Shown piece after piece: positions 39,701 to 44,466 of a DNA stretch of 64,000 bases. Under the pieces are notes generated by a model. It saw only the letters and a list, made by a program, of their open reading frames with translations. It searched no databases and was not told where the DNA came from. A program made the translations under genes and the position numbers. Position 1 is the stretch's first letter, and every line of letters begins with the position of its first letter. The stretch is taken from the IMG/VR virus record IMGVR_UViG_3300020281_000010, one strand, 5' to 3'. Source of the DNA: a virus.

Positions 39701-42502
39701 CCTCTCTACAAAGATAGAGAGATGCGTCCAACAATGACCGCTGTACATAAGATTCAGCAGTTGTGGCATTTGGTTTATACTGCTCTTGCAGAATCTAAGT
39801 TGCCAACTGTATATCTCAAGCAAGCGATTGACGTTGGTGTTGATGTAAACTCTGATGGTTCTATCCACAAACCAAATCATCCATTCGAAGCATATGATAG
39901 AGTTAATTACACTGTCTTGGGTACAAATATTGTGGAACTTGACAGAGCGTCATACTACATCCACCCAGACACTACTTCAACCCACATCTACTTGGCAGAG
40001 TACATTGATGGACACAAACTTACATCTCTGACTCCTGGTCTCCCAGGTGAAATTCATACATTCTCTGTCGCCAGACAGACTGGTATCACTAGGATTCCGA
40101 CTACCTTTGGTGATCGTGTTATTCCTACACCTACATCTGGTGGTATTGAACCTGCTGACATCTTCTACGGAACAACATCAGGTGCATATGCTGAAGTTAT
40201 TAGAGTTCAGGATAATCTTGCTACTGTCAACTACAGAGTTAAGTATCTTCCAATCACAGTTACATCTGCTCCTGAAACATTTGTTAATGGTGAGGACATT
40301 GTTAAGACTGGTGCTACAGGTAATGCAGGTAAGATTATCGCTACCGACAACGCAACTTACATCAAAGTACAAATGACCAGTGGTGCATTTGCTGCTACTG
40401 ACAATATTGAGGGCGTAACTTCAGGTGCAACTGCTACAGTTGGCACTGGATTGCACGACAGAATTCTCGTTAACTTCAAGCAAGGTGAATTTATTGCTAC
40501 TGACATTCTTTATTCTAAGGAAGATTCAGGTAAAGCAAACGCTCTCATCGTTAGAAACAATGATGGTGCTTTGATTGATAACCAATCAGGTAGAATTACC
40601 TATGACATTGAAACTGTTAAGGGTGAATTTGCTCCTAATGACGTTATTTACGGTTCTGTTACTGATCAAATTATCGAGGTTGAATCATTCTCAGTCCTCC
40701 CAGGATTCGGTGAGTACATCCATTCTACCGAAATTACTAAGTTTACATACGCAGGATTGATCACTGATACAGGTGTTACTGACACATTCGAAGTTGGTGA
40801 TGTACTACAACTCCAAAACTCTGGTCAGTCTGTTGGTCATACCTTCGTTGTTACTGAACACGACATTCAAAATAACGAAGTTTACCTCGCAAATGAGACT
40901 GGTCGTTTCGTGAGCATTGGTGACAACCTTGGCGTCATCGCAAATGACTCAGCATATCAACTTGCTAAGATTCCACCTGGATCTAACTTCCCAAGCGTTT
41001 ACACATCTGGTATTACATTAGTCACACAAACTCCAACAACTGCCTACGGTAAGATTGAGAAGATCCAACAAATCGGTCTTCGCTTGATCATCCACCTTGG
41101 TGATACAAATGGAACATTTGTTAAGAATGCTCAGATTGTTGGTGACTTTGGATTCAGAGCAGCGTGTTCAGTTGCTAAGACTCTACGCGGGCGCGTGAAG
41201 AGATTCTTCAGAGGATTTGATGGTGTTCAGCAGAACTTCAAGTTGACCACTGGAAACGGTACTGCATACTTCCCAGATCCTGCAGGTCATATGATGATCT
41301 TCGTGAATGGTATTCTCCAACCTCCTGGTGGTAACAACGCTTACACAGCGTTCTCCGACAATATCCAGTTCACTGAGGCACCTGCTGTTGGATCTACATT
41401 CCACGGTGTGTACGTTGGTAAGTTGAGACAGTTGGATGACATCTCATTCGACTTCGACTCCTTGAGGAACTCCTTCAACTTGAAACTTGGTGGTGTGTTC
41501 TACTCACTTACACTGACTGACGGTGTACAGTCCAACACTATCCTTCCTGAAAACAACATCATCTGTCAGTTGAACGGTGTTATTCAGGAACCTGGAATTG
41601 GTTTTGAGATTGTTGGTTCTAGAATCATCTTCTCTGAAGTTCCTCGTGCAGGTTCAACCTTCGTTGCCTTCTCCTACATCGGTTCTGACGTTGACGTTAT
41701 CGCTGCAACTGTTGTTCCTCCTGTTGAGGCAGGTGACATTCTGCAGATCGAAGGTGAGGATGAGACTAGAGAGGTTGCTCTGATTGAATCTTCTAACTCA
41801 CTTATCACATTCGAATACTCAGGTGCTGTTAAGGGACGTAACGGTGCTGCTCTTGCAACAATCGAGAAGGGTCGTGTTACTGAGGCAATCCTTACAAACT
41901 CTGGTGATGGTTACGATTCACGTCCCAACGTGGATGTGATTTCATCTTCTGGTTTTGGTGCACGTATCAAGGCACTTGTTGGTCTCGCACGCATTGACGT
42001 GAAGAACTCAGGTCAAGGTTATGTACAACCAACTATCAACGTGAACACTACCGTTCCTGATAACTTCTTCGCACCTTCAGGTGTTGGAGTCAACGGTGGT
42101 ATTGACATCTATGATCCTAACTACGTTCCCCCAGGTGAATCTCAGGCACAAGGTGAACAGGCAATCGCTATTGAGTCACAACCAGTTAACACAACTGTTA
42201 ACCAAGGTCAAGTGGCATCCTTCACAGTCATCGCTTCTACAATCCCTGCAGGCGGCACAATCGCTTATCAGTGGCAGAAGAAGAACTACGGTGAAAGTGA
42301 TTGGAACAATATCAACGGTGCTACATCTCCCACATACACAACTCCTGTTACCACACAGGCAGATGGTGGTGATGAATTCAGATGTGGTCTCACCGCAGCG
42401 GGTGCAACACCTACACTTTCCAACTCTGCAGTTCTTACAATCAACATTGGAGCAACTACAGTGGACAACTTCAGTCCTGACCAGATCTTTGATGACAACT
42501 AA
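21752..42502 (+). CDS. giant (6916 aa) baseplate/tail structural protein, gp7-like position
   Basis: Uninterrupted 20.7 kb ORF after gp6; ..GSGY..AP repeats, a YHYH-like domain (about 26000-26450), a propeller-like region (about 27270-28420), two LamG-like domains (about 28520-29080 and 34830-35350), a CBM-like module, helical repeats and a C-terminal Ig-like domain. Confidence 0.9.
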   Translation: MVAHNTAIKVSQRLNSQIPAFIKEDNDQFVNLLTEYYKSQEKSGRPYDILNNILAYVDIGSGEFNPNFLSSESAVLEAVDPTQNKIIAENVNYFLEKDGTIKIDNEVLYYESVTHSPDIVFTPGVNKQEFDRKVQEFEPINNQFNSSTTEFNLRLLGRPVSPQSSNHLLVVVNNEFMFPDRDYFVEGDRIRFVNPPEPTTGALTGAINTIRYLIGYTSVPVRSLDTITVPQDATEFSLKLNTQPYSPLSTVSSIVVVNRVEKRPFEDFTVFEDKLIFKQPVSQNATIDVRSVELIAPEFGSGASAVSQIDGGAVNDILVKNGGSGYRVSFAPRITIQSNKGTGAGATAEALVNGIKNTQLLFSGQGYSSNNPPIVVVDAPADEEGTRAQITAIVSDELEGVSELRVTSSGSGYDRIPSIKFVNPGGATISDPTVENGSIVAGSISVTAPGSGYTTAPLVYMDPPTGDNAINATAQAVLDAEGRVERIDIISSGQGYEGNIRARIIDPVGAQILDVSCTGGRVTNIELLTGGKGYTDAPSVYIVDNRKDTNGQPIGGTGATAVATIFNGEITDINITSFGSGYSDTEPPKVFIAAPPVPEASCDVGFGEITGFTIHSAGQNYQPSAFVGVKRGVSAVTSYDQKGHQVYSGESSLVQSSHAVGSVIHNLDNLFAKELYRRFVNQYLPNAEIDYKKVNAPQIIKTISDFYASKGTKISTQYLFKILYSENVDVSYPKDEIIKPSAATWNVDTVLRADLLEGNPENLIDSQLIQYVDDVDINVKGASALIENVIAINTGVGTVYELAISEETLQGAFTIPYKTTLVEELSTTESIITVDSTIGWPERNGTIRIDDNEVVQYKEKTLNQFIECTRSKNGVVEDWDAGTTVFSDIFVYVNRGTENECKLRVLGIADAESTVLSDNGSYYLPGDKLNVASLGSTSNDQRITSWLYNVKKLININEIVPGGLNNQTATVTCSNNHGLLVGDTVTIYGANPTVFNGTFLVTSRINATQFEYNIPAPAPNAPQGNILLSVDLNKGKSSEEGISVAIRDFTTNVQNTFFNDRYAYIASSGIPNYQVGPFVGSALLPGNQRKLIRIPRVINTISRRTDTTFGPIGAWVNGVSTWSYKSETKIKFGGLTGITIDNPGQGYDAANPPIIEINGGGGSGAKASVVVNGALSEIEVSNGGTGYTSSPLVSIVGGGGFGATATAVITNGVVSKILVETPGQGYTSQPDVSVSGGGGTGCTATAQVRGPIQSVNVDTAGSAYTSSPDIKLNSGEGAVAQPIIINGRIVSIAIIAAGRGYTTAPEIVINGDGYGAIARATIGAVGEDRGKVIGVTVVNRGVGYTTGNTTVRLDAVGEMAEFTATVFEWTRNLQDELGQNFDTARGYVFAGYNTQYGGEYAHLSDPKQLRYVLGDNVFKNQSTQQLQELTTGYQHSPILGWAFDGNPIYGPYGYIDATDQSSGIRRIRSSYRIKPALIYDAATNLNPVRADGPLLSDYIAGSFIDDFEYVFQEGDLDQYNGRFCKTPEFPEGVYAYFVSIDASDAGNPVFPYICGPQLYSSPDEWNFSQDAVQTNIPADVVRFRDPYEDVDIDIDRTPNQATDTLVTELGEDLIFEIEDTNRDGLINNDEATTPIQITEEPVLQLFDYYPKVSTRSVVDIDIETTTKFEDAKVDGFVVENPGVSYKVNDKLFFDNEGTDGFGASAKVEAVKGLDIAGYSSYIQNDLPYGRITTATEHELRLDDQIIVTSTPILDDTNKTFKVKVISGVERVTIDQEGLGYSEDIPPSYEVITNSGQDFNININRDEGGAVRTVDIINSGSGYDKDNPPQIRVSHPQRFKKASYFLSLLTEAGSTVTINDIKVADDRTFYVAGQTTVVDGNTAGVLAKFNSDGRLLWKRTLIPTVPANSDKSLSWKAVHIENSNPHNIYVIGETVPNVGNLTHNPDIVVAKYQSGFDNANNPDGIIQWQRDIAGISGSTRRDYASDIRLDQDGRVMIAGYTDSNSTAPDDMWVALLDLDGSMMEKRKIASAAGSEHLHKIQWRTDDTFLFCGISDPAGDANIIIGETYYDTATIEVQWSKQIESGAYQFADPTFTIDEYGSVYVTATAIDTNGKNYGVLYAKFDNQDYTAVSLAKMYVPTGTYTSIKNAGVSFDVFGNIDISAVVERDFNAVQSITAKISWNTGAVLSAAEVTETNGIGYHPTCVANDNSGDTIVAGNKVEADQLAIFNWNTADNLFDETYNDILRTGSNKQWAASGNAVIDNTKFYNGASSLKLDAPNSMLLQYSTTADQSVEWTMEGWFALGNTQYAAQASKPEFFGIVSQLTQEVKVGVDGTSSSANFGKIFLDLNGSTSYSTGTTFWTAFNSEAWVHIAISKERPGVGSYIYRIYVNGVEAHSVNSSTVDVNLMQATLGPISTPSSTNNWIGWIDNFVVTPSAKYTDAFTAGLVTGTNSVSKAFIYKIDKDKTKLGSFSLNNVEAGHTLNVAAGSNYTFNTQSVSVNPWIMGPAGIQILDYSDVVSTHIPGVYTITSTDEAYASRTATIPTQGGKKLLLTTKVIPKFYIRDARYSSIDLVKTITFNQNASFTKGSVLQQYSVIGGNDVVSAYGTVVESGSNSCKIGKIIGNFDTTKLLKSTAGDVNEMDKEFTVQTTTPVWQQNQNYAVGDVVYNDGKIYTSGTAATAGAIAPTHTSGTVSDGNINWAFTSVAGIFSVDLANSVHGSGTLAQFASWKPFDAADYTIKIQQIYPDSSFIKGDTIDADAVNLTFEVDTTGKIATFGGLVGVKQFNLQAKLNKDVVPSQALTNTDLVYCSATSRHNFSANDIIFTERFTTNEYNGSFFVEEVFTSRDFTYKLRSTAVQDPTFSGQGSSVSNINIYAKHPKFLFVRGHQYIFDLDDPSNLGYFLSFSKDNQYKLEYPFINIIREGTPGFTDDDSPTPLVKFIINDDVTNISYYFDPSRTTADDSPVGEGSFIDVIQSPYQGTFTINRVSNDGLEFDFPLLVEPEKSNAPVGNDEFGNQRSFYSTTSLKAIGPIATIKLVNPGGFYQKLPIVTDISSNREIEKVRILNGGTEYVNGVYYNVPIGGDGEGASCNITVTDDGDFEGVITDVVLTSAGKGYTTASIDVDAIPGILGPLLAGSGAQLEVVIPSEGSGASVFLQGRSIGRIKKLKNNEFGFGYSHDYTLRPEITFPVNLQLFNTAILAEIKITDPGSGYTSTPAVVIEGGGGTGAEAEAVVKNNRLSEVIIKDPGAGYSSEPSVTLKSEFNYVVNIDLGYLQFNFPHGITTGAEIQLRAEDLGSTVGILPKPSSAGLVSLSSSQTYYAIAGEANGLESDQLRISLTKLDAESGSYITFLTQGEGRQILLTEVFGGQATAIVETSRFLEGELVYQGSSLELASATGYVSTNQGWQIGPRILKLENYKGVWTPGERVTGEVSRASGLIDNLSIARGTLNIDSLTNTPGQFIDDVGKPSEIVQKIQDSYFYQNFSYVIKSETPINQWRKPVLETNHPVGFNLFGELAITGGKDISGRKVVSDLIKEVNINAFTNINQITSFANAQPIYTQFNNTEVLFRQKRLTNSEEILTSIVKKIDNVSDDFDGVRTQFPLNVEGSSITATEDQMFVLLNGVAQSPGDSFSTSGPSIVFSEPPKAPSRIKFRNITFAQLQITRLTFSVIGGIFPLTGNRVRGLVSEATATVIDSGTDYIDVINIEGTFQSGESVLNSATGFNSTLDTVNPVTSKTIFEQGERITNLQGKFAIIEENNLDDGTINDSLVVSRTSGTAKFETGEFEIKFNDVIYSARSNIAATVSTISPYQDEVSEQIIDTVDLSPSSSFFALVFQRVPSITYPNVILDDIGETVINPTELYDAESPNNQDFLDFESVRNQEIRYDGLVGTDFAPGTNIRLKKIYFGNSSIRTVPDTRANNAAEALVKNAKFIAEEAVGRMLAFYPSFTVPTGKVNCEDDIVDMLNLIAWQLEHDGNSEVWDAANFYVQNNTIYHVDGQVPQTVYAMNQARDLANQCINMIDITTEHTSLSQWKDLTITPEYEVVSNSHGDARTLLLANKWFIAYESLHYAKTQNPGYNVSGGDEHCLSDIVDVVEALAYNVAHGGNDFIWEATDRILHYGVTSGDRDTIVNSFTKAKAMSLDIMRNIAVTKAGSHGWNQVTISITADPANPTCQAVAASITTLMDILINALGTTASPGTRAAFQAAVTQTAPQADYSQGRTTIPNANACVAQTSAVANFFRIITDTLQDPTGADPTTYQWSISNVPRIAPAYTFEEGETIRSIKHSYKDKSSGGFFNFGQTLKGVSSGAVAEIIGTNAGSKWVYTKGVTGSFTDDEYITNSTITYNNVTVDKLNPGTGTGSLEFSGTSSRINHASNAAFAFGANDYTVEMWIYPTGVSGTQRLFDFRTASSSNAATVFLQGTSLKFGIATTDHITAAGAIPTANQWYHIAVSRASNITKLFVNGQPVGSDYTDASVYGDSPIAVGASWNNGETFTGNIDNFIVRKGTASYSSGFIPPTVYDFRALDISFGFNGEAPFPVELAAVYATYQQTIISSANADGVELWREEIMTEEIDVSRDIYRDCADIIEKNRYWIAEEAVGRMKEKYPAFVIPGDTGTSTQGTDKCIRDTHSFIIPAIVNDLKLGGNFNTIVAGRGYLEGSGALKHVNGELLQSIYAWREVAKLCIDIITKNEDDLTGEYTQRVRIPNYFSTPAPSAIQTFIMDLVDDMLDVMAPTGHRFRDGADLLYFNRAVIADEAVSMMEQEWNVMINFIQQDKIDIPSRAKCVRDIRDHIVPAVAGDLLTGGNSNIQGMIDSYLDSQSNINYIEDELLAMLDALEHVKFLSNKALQNLLVGRNENIANIAGTTPNTVDDFYQLQYSDLTAYRKEYDATVNYDLTDSIITESTFYPPDPKIFQGTHRALDSANIIERNARTIAAEAVDIVTKTSAFKHYNFRVPGGKVHCEDDIVDFINSVAHDLRFSSNSEVYDAAALYLNTDMGLKHVTGQSQETIYAYKMARDMSILAIRNKLGFTPFEDVNLGGGGLGGGGGGGAPRGDYDNNATTNKDYDAGNEILNNLRFIASTAVGRGYAQYPNLTFGGYGYQSCIDDVIDILEAMAWNLKHGGNNKVWYATEFYITDQNAIQHINSQSTEVRYIFEQARDIAIQVMRQQLVEVNGYTEGYAQYDTTITIDSSSSSTGQLTPTNATYNPATGDLTLTKTGHGLVAGDAVQIATYGLKFTCDFDSNQSEHTYPRPLDPSNGALLPVTSSTSSTFTVNVGTTTNVNYDVTNAIYNETNGDLYLDIGTNNLDVGRHIKLPDNAITFTCTMDGNGSNHSYPRSSDYASGKSLTVLEIGDSTFTATDAAYVPSTGVLTLTVPNHGFANGDNIQIVNNSLNFTCDMDNNYTVHSYPRVSDPAANKYLPVGNVTTNTFTVNVGTTGTVNFTPTNVAYNPITGNMVLTLGEGHGLVTGSHLKIQPNSLTFTCEEDDNATNHSYPRTTTTTHTVTGADYDGTTGIMTLTIPQHGFSNGDQIKIADNGITFTCAQDGNNSNHSYPRSSDPASNSWLEISNVTANTFKVQVLLSDGIPSTNVTAHTFVSATSGGVTWKKDRAYDVPLEVTAATATTVTVNVLASGRTPSTNTTTHTFVSATTNAISAGGNYTHTFTSAVADGIRFKNGRIKVNVNPAPSNQQYPHTFVSAVSNAVQGGGNYNHTFVSSTTNSISWITGGGGATRCATQASAITTLMGITIDLFNSGTSNPQNYIDGVARTLPGEWPLTGERAAVRDLTITYDQAGSGACNVESSTISSLFDIVIGVVKDAAAGNGSYFTNQGITRNAPVQNNTLLFGGGTCYNVTSAANVLFDLLEDTLGSAPEMYRQASRLIAINDLYINREAYYKTMNQYAGYTGDQTFGDAIRKAYIYDMLTDGNAMTVQLINSWFDAEGNFVAFPNIFRTYLIFHAEATTDMITHILSGTAPEPGTYNMEPLYKDREMRPTMTAVHKIQQLWHLVYTALAESKLPTVYLKQAIDVGVDVNSDGSIHKPNHPFEAYDRVNYTVLGTNIVELDRASYYIHPDTTSTHIYLAEYIDGHKLTSLTPGLPGEIHTFSVARQTGITRIPTTFGDRVIPTPTSGGIEPADIFYGTTSGAYAEVIRVQDNLATVNYRVKYLPITVTSAPETFVNGEDIVKTGATGNAGKIIATDNATYIKVQMTSGAFAATDNIEGVTSGATATVGTGLHDRILVNFKQGEFIATDILYSKEDSGKANALIVRNNDGALIDNQSGRITYDIETVKGEFAPNDVIYGSVTDQIIEVESFSVLPGFGEYIHSTEITKFTYAGLITDTGVTDTFEVGDVLQLQNSGQSVGHTFVVTEHDIQNNEVYLANETGRFVSIGDNLGVIANDSAYQLAKIPPGSNFPSVYTSGITLVTQTPTTAYGKIEKIQQIGLRLIIHLGDTNGTFVKNAQIVGDFGFRAACSVAKTLRGRVKRFFRGFDGVQQNFKLTTGNGTAYFPDPAGHMMIFVNGILQPPGGNNAYTAFSDNIQFTEAPAVGSTFHGVYVGKLRQLDDISFDFDSLRNSFNLKLGGVFYSLTLTDGVQSNTILPENNIICQLNGVIQEPGIGFEIVGSRIIFSEVPRAGSTFVAFSYIGSDVDVIAATVVPPVEAGDILQIEGEDETREVALIESSNSLITFEYSGAVKGRNGAALATIEKGRVTEAILTNSGDGYDSRPNVDVISSSGFGARIKALVGLARIDVKNSGQGYVQPTINVNTTVPDNFFAPSGVGVNGGIDIYDPNYVPPGESQAQGEQAIAIESQPVNTTVNQGQVASFTVIASTIPAGGTIAYQWQKKNYGESDWNNINGATSPTYTTPVTTQADGGDEFRCGLTAAGATPTLSNSAVLTINIGATTVDNFSPDQIFDDN
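33500..39650 (+). repeat. six or seven phycobiliprotein-like helical protein repeats
   Basis: Invariant Cys codons at 33620, 34010, 35627, 36107, 36638 and 37064, each in C-x-x-D...A..L..GGN. Confidence 0.75.
37352..38923 (+). repeat. five nested beta-domain repeats
   Basis: Five copies of Y..TG.L.L...HG...FTC...H[ST]YPR followed by five HTF[VT]S closing strands. Confidence 0.85.
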
Positions 42503-42505
42503 ATA

Positions 42506-42703
42506 ATGGAAGATAATGAATTCTATTGCGAGTGGAAGATGGGAATCCACGAACTTCGTGCATTCTACGATCATCTTAATTACTCGATCAAGATGTGGCC
42601 AGGTTCTCCTGCGAGACCCGCAGAAGAGCAGCAGTATCTTGAATATTGGAAGAAACAAACTTTTGCGATGATCTGTGAATATAACCTTACGGAAATCGAC
42701 TAA
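42506..42703 (+). CDS. small hypothetical protein
   Basis: WPGSPARPAEEQQYL motif; TAATG coupling. Confidence 0.75.
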   Translation: MEDNEFYCEWKMGIHELRAFYDHLNYSIKMWPGSPARPAEEQQYLEYWKKQTFAMICEYNLTEID

Positions 42704-44439
42704 TGGCAGCAAATGGGAGTTACAATTCAGTAACAGACATACTAACAATTACAGGTGATGGTCTTCCAACTCCTGTAGTTCCTGGTACGTTCCCGAATAG
42801 TGATAATGCTAATACGATTACATCATATACTTTCTCCCATAACTTTACCTATAGAGGTGGGACAAACTCAACAACTTCAGGATCTCTTCCTGTAGGTATC
42901 GTTGGTCTTAGTGCCAATGGAGTTGCCATTTATAATCCTTCAGGTGGATCACTAGGAACTCCTCCACAAGGTTTCAACTGGGTTGCATCAGCAACAAATA
43001 CTGCTGTTGACTTTGGTGAAGACAACTGTGGTGGTTATCCTGAAACAACTGGACAATATCATTACCGTGACTCACATCTTCTGAATTGTTGGAAAGCAAA
43101 TCAGGTGATGGCAGGTTATAACGATTACTACGGTTCAACACAATATGAAGGTGACAATATGCGTCACCCTGATGGTCACTCTAAGATCATCGGTTTTTGC
43201 TTTGATGGGTATCCTATCTACGGACCATACGGATATGATAACCCGACTGATAATACATCAGAAGTCAAAATTATGGTCACAGGATATAAGATCCGTGATC
43301 AGATTGCTGTTAATAGACCTGCATATGATTCAACATACCCTAAAGGTGCATTTATTCAAGACTATGAATACAATGCAGACCTCACTGGAAGACATCTAGA
43401 TGCATATAACGGGCGTTTCTGTCATACTCCCGAATATCCGACTGGTACCTTTGCGTACTTTATGTCGATTCACGATGATCTTTCTGACGATAGAACTTTC
43501 GTTGTCACTGTTTCTGCAGAAGATGATGGCAACAAATACAGACTTGATGGCGTTTTATATCCTGACATAACCTTAACCAAAGGTTCTACCTATACATTTG
43601 ATCAGTCAGACCCCTCTAACGCCACACACAATATTCGTATCTCAGCGACCTTGAACGGACCTTGGAACCTAGGTACAGAATACACTTCAGGAGTGACATA
43701 TCACGGAACTCCTGGTCAGGCAGGTGCTAAAACTGTAATTACAGTTCCTCAAGATGCACCCGCTAATCTATATTATTACTGCCTGAATCATTCAGGTATG
43801 GCGAACAATGCGATCGGTACTGTGATCGCAGATATGAGTTATGAACCCAAGTTTCCATTCATCTTTGGTCTAGTATCAAAAGAACAAGTTAATGTTCCTG
43901 CTAACCAAGGCATCACACAAGAGCAGCAGCAGGGTGGTGGAGATCAAGGTGGTGACGATCCAGATCCACCTTCTTTGGTAATCTCTTTGCAACCAACCAA
44001 TGCTACTGTTAGCAATGGTGGTACTCAAACGTTTACCGTTCTAGCAGAGGTTCAACCACAAGCAGGAACTATTAACTACCAGTGGCAGGTCTCCACTGAT
44101 GGTGGTTTTGCTTGGTCTAATATTACTGGTGCAACATCCAACGTTTTATCCGTTGTAGCACTTTCTTGGATGACTGGGTATAGATATAGATGTGTGCTGA
44201 TAGGTCCTATTGGTGAACCTCAGCAAGCACAAAACTCTCCTCTATCCTCAAACCTCGCTATCTTAACTGTTACTGGTGGAACCAGTGGAGTAGATACGTC
44301 AGGTGTTTTGAAATGGGATAGTAATGTTGGACGTTATGATATGACTGCGGTTCCGCTTGATAGGGATAATAACAATCCTGATTTCACTAGGAACAACTTA
44401 AGATTTGACTTGACCAATTTCGAGTTCGACCTCACATAA
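42703..44439 (+). CDS. YHYH-domain structural protein with cupredoxin-like and Ig-like domains
   Basis: GQYHYRD, HSKIIGFCFDGYPIYGPYGY, THNIR...YYYCLNHSGM, LQPTNATV...YQWQ. Confidence 0.8.
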   Translation: MAANGSYNSVTDILTITGDGLPTPVVPGTFPNSDNANTITSYTFSHNFTYRGGTNSTTSGSLPVGIVGLSANGVAIYNPSGGSLGTPPQGFNWVASATNTAVDFGEDNCGGYPETTGQYHYRDSHLLNCWKANQVMAGYNDYYGSTQYEGDNMRHPDGHSKIIGFCFDGYPIYGPYGYDNPTDNTSEVKIMVTGYKIRDQIAVNRPAYDSTYPKGAFIQDYEYNADLTGRHLDAYNGRFCHTPEYPTGTFAYFMSIHDDLSDDRTFVVTVSAEDDGNKYRLDGVLYPDITLTKGSTYTFDQSDPSNATHNIRISATLNGPWNLGTEYTSGVTYHGTPGQAGAKTVITVPQDAPANLYYYCLNHSGMANNAIGTVIADMSYEPKFPFIFGLVSKEQVNVPANQGITQEQQQGGGDQGGDDPDPPSLVISLQPTNATVSNGGTQTFTVLAEVQPQAGTINYQWQVSTDGGFAWSNITGATSNVLSVVALSWMTGYRYRCVLIGPIGEPQQAQNSPLSSNLAILTVTGGTSGVDTSGVLKWDSNVGRYDMTAVPLDRDNNNPDFTRNNLRFDLTNFEFDLT

Positions 44440-44442
44440 ATA
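44435..44442 (+). promoter_or_regulatory. late promoter (CATAAATA)
   Basis: Intergenic, 24 nt before the ATG at 44467. Confidence 0.7.
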
Positions 44443-44466
44443 AAACTGTAGAAAAACCCCACCGCT

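Noticed and set aside
21752-42502. Intein, intron or frameshift in the giant ORF
   Set aside because: The frame is continuous, and I saw no intein terminal motifs (C...HN) or LAGLIDADG blocks.
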